This document shows, piece after piece, positions 62,547-64,000 of a stretch of 64,000 bases of DNA. The stretch's first letter is position 1, and each line of letters starts with the position of its first letter. Source of the stretch: an uncultured Acidobacteriota bacterium (GTDB lineage Bacteria; Acidobacteriota; UBA6911); assembly GCA_963843575.1 (NCBI GenBank), contig CAWJKZ010000010.1:160001-224000 (forward strand), read 5' to 3'. A program made the translations under genes and the position numbers. A model generated the notes under the pieces. That model was not told where the DNA came from. It saw nothing but the letters and a program-made list of their open reading frames with translations, and ran no database searches.

Positions 62547-63653
62547 TCAGGTTTCACTCTCGGGGGGTCGGATGGTGGCGGCGAGGGCGCCCAGAAGGCC
62601 GCCGGTGGCGTTGCACAAGACGTCCGTCATGGAGGAAGAACGGCTGGGGAGGAAGACCTGAACGAGCTCGATGACCAGGCTGATGCAGGCAGAGAACACG
62701 ACCGCGTGCAGGGCGTTCAGCAGCCGTCGGCCGGGTCGGGCCCGGTCGCGGTACAGGTAGTAAAAAAATCCGAACGGGACAAAACCGGCGAGGTTCACCA
62801 CGATGTCCTCGACGTGCGAGACGCCCGTGCTCCAGTCGTCCCATGGCAGCATGAGGATCTCCTTGGCCGGAGCCCGGTAGACTTCCGGGATCGTCAGCGG
62901 CCTGCCCGCCGGGGAGCTGTCGTGCACCGTTCTGCCGCGTCCTTCGCTGAAGAGGTAGAGGCCCGCGATCGACGGGTCAGAGGCGAGTTCCTTTCCCCGG
63001 TACTGCTTCCAGAGCAGGGTGTGCCCCGTAATTTCCTGCGCGGTCAGGGCGCGCGCGAAGAAGGCGACTCCGAACAACTTCCCCCTCCAGCCGGTGACGC
63101 CCGCGGCGCCGGTACCCAGGCACAGTTCTCCGCGAAGGCTGTCGGGGGGCAGGATCCAACCGGGGTAGGCGCGGACCAGGGCGCCGTCCGCGTAGAGACG
63201 CGTTCCATCGGCTCCTGACGTCACGGCGAGCACCCGGCGCGCGCCCTTGTACAATTGCGCGCTCCCGCCCATCTCGCGACGGCCGCGTCCTCCGCTCGAG
63301 TTCGGCACCACGCTGCGGACCAGGAAACCGGTGCGCCACTGCGCGATTATGAGGATTTCCGGGAAACGCCCGTCGTAGAGCGACAGAAACGAACCGAGGT
63401 TCCGGGACGGTTCCTCCTCGGGCTCCAGGTGCAGCTCGAAGGTCACGCCGCCCGCGGCGCTCAGGTCGAAAGCGCGTTCGCCCCGCAGGAGCGCATGCCT
63501 GGCCAGCGAGATCCCGGGCCCCGGGGACAACCACTCCACGCCGTTGCCCGCCACGAATTCGAAGGGCCACCAGCCGGCGACCGCGTAACCGGCGCAAATG
63601 AGGATGCAAACCACCGCCAGACGTGTCCGATCGAGGCGCGATAGGATATTCAC
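62547..63653 (-). CDS. VanZ-family membrane protein with LamG-like domain
   Basis: C-terminal VanZ motifs DIVVNLAGFVPFG and IELVQVFLPSRSSSMTDVLCN; LamG-like LYADG and FFARALTAQEI. Confidence 0.8.
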   Translation of the reverse strand: MNILSRLDRTRLAVVCILICAGYAVAGWWPFEFVAGNGVEWLSPGPGISLARHALLRGERAFDLSAAGGVTFELHLEPEEEPSRNLGSFLSLYDGRFPEILIIAQWRTGFLVRSVVPNSSGGRGRREMGGSAQLYKGARRVLAVTSGADGTRLYADGALVRAYPGWILPPDSLRGELCLGTGAAGVTGWRGKLFGVAFFARALTAQEITGHTLLWKQYRGKELASDPSIAGLYLFSEGRGRTVHDSSPAGRPLTIPEVYRAPAKEILMLPWDDWSTGVSHVEDIVVNLAGFVPFGFFYYLYRDRARPGRRLLNALHAVVFSACISLVIELVQVFLPSRSSSMTDVLCNATGGLLGALAATIRPPESET

Positions 63654-63789
63654 CGCAGAAGCTTGCCACGAATGGACCGGAAACAGGCAAGTTTTTGTGG
63701 GGGTCGGCCCCGGCCTGCGGCACGCTGCCGATTTTGACGGTTTCACGCGGATTAACTGATGTAACTTACTGGGCTAATCGGAGGTGATT

Positions 63790-64000
63790 ATGAAGCGGAG
63801 AGAGTTTCTGATCGCGGCGGGAGCGGCGACCGTGGCGGGCGGAGGACTGACGGGCCGCGGCGAGGCTGCAGAGAAGAGCCACCCCTTCGCCTTGGGGATG
63901 GCTTCGTATACGTTCCGGGAGTTCCCCACGGACAAGGCAATCGAGATGACGGTGCGATTGGGCCTCAAGAAGATCGCCTTCAAGGATTTTCACCTGAAGC
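63790..64000 (+). CDS. Tat-exported sugar phosphate isomerase/epimerase, partial (runs off the window end)
   Basis: GGAGG RBS; MKRREFL..LGMASYTFREF..LGLKKIAFKDFHL. Not in the ORF track. Confidence 0.75.
   Translation, partial: MKRREFLIAAGAATVAGGGLTGRGEAAEKSHPFALGMASYTFREFPTDKAIEMTVRLGLKKIAFKDFHLK

Overview
GC-rich bacterial chromosomal window, probably Acidobacteriota. This is inferred from gene types such as a duplicated MacB/FtsX orphan permease, a secreted TPR protein, many Tat-exported sugar enzymes and REP-like repeats. About 50 genes are called. From left to right: a partial APC permease, a GlmU-like nucleotidyltransferase/GHMP-kinase fusion coupled to pheA, three exported amidohydrolases, an NTT-HEAT-cNMP transporter, galE/cysQ/gmhA-like genes, cofGH (FO synthase), a polyol ABC operon, kdgK-like and holC genes, a phosphoesterase, a B12 radical SAM enzyme, GH78, a sulfatase, a triheme c7-like cytochrome, DUF1846, a poly-gamma-glutamate locus, and a PAS-GGDEF-EAL protein with an unusual C-terminal membrane anchor and ectodomain. 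No rRNA, tRNA, CRISPR array or transposase was seen. The best candidate for an undescribed system is 51119-58913, where pgsB-pgsC-pgsW lack capA/capD but are flanked by a C69 Ntn peptidase and a DUF6305-like/TRAP-like permease/54-aa membrane protein/M14-type peptidase module. This suggests a combined PGA synthesis, trimming and uptake system. The second candidate is the ~990-aa NTase-kinase fusion. Non-coding signals include a five-copy REPIN/MITE-like family (one copy with perfect 16-bp TIRs) and a ~230-nt hairpin. At least 8 apparent single-base frameshifts are probably read errors. All family calls come from motif recognition by eye, not database searches.
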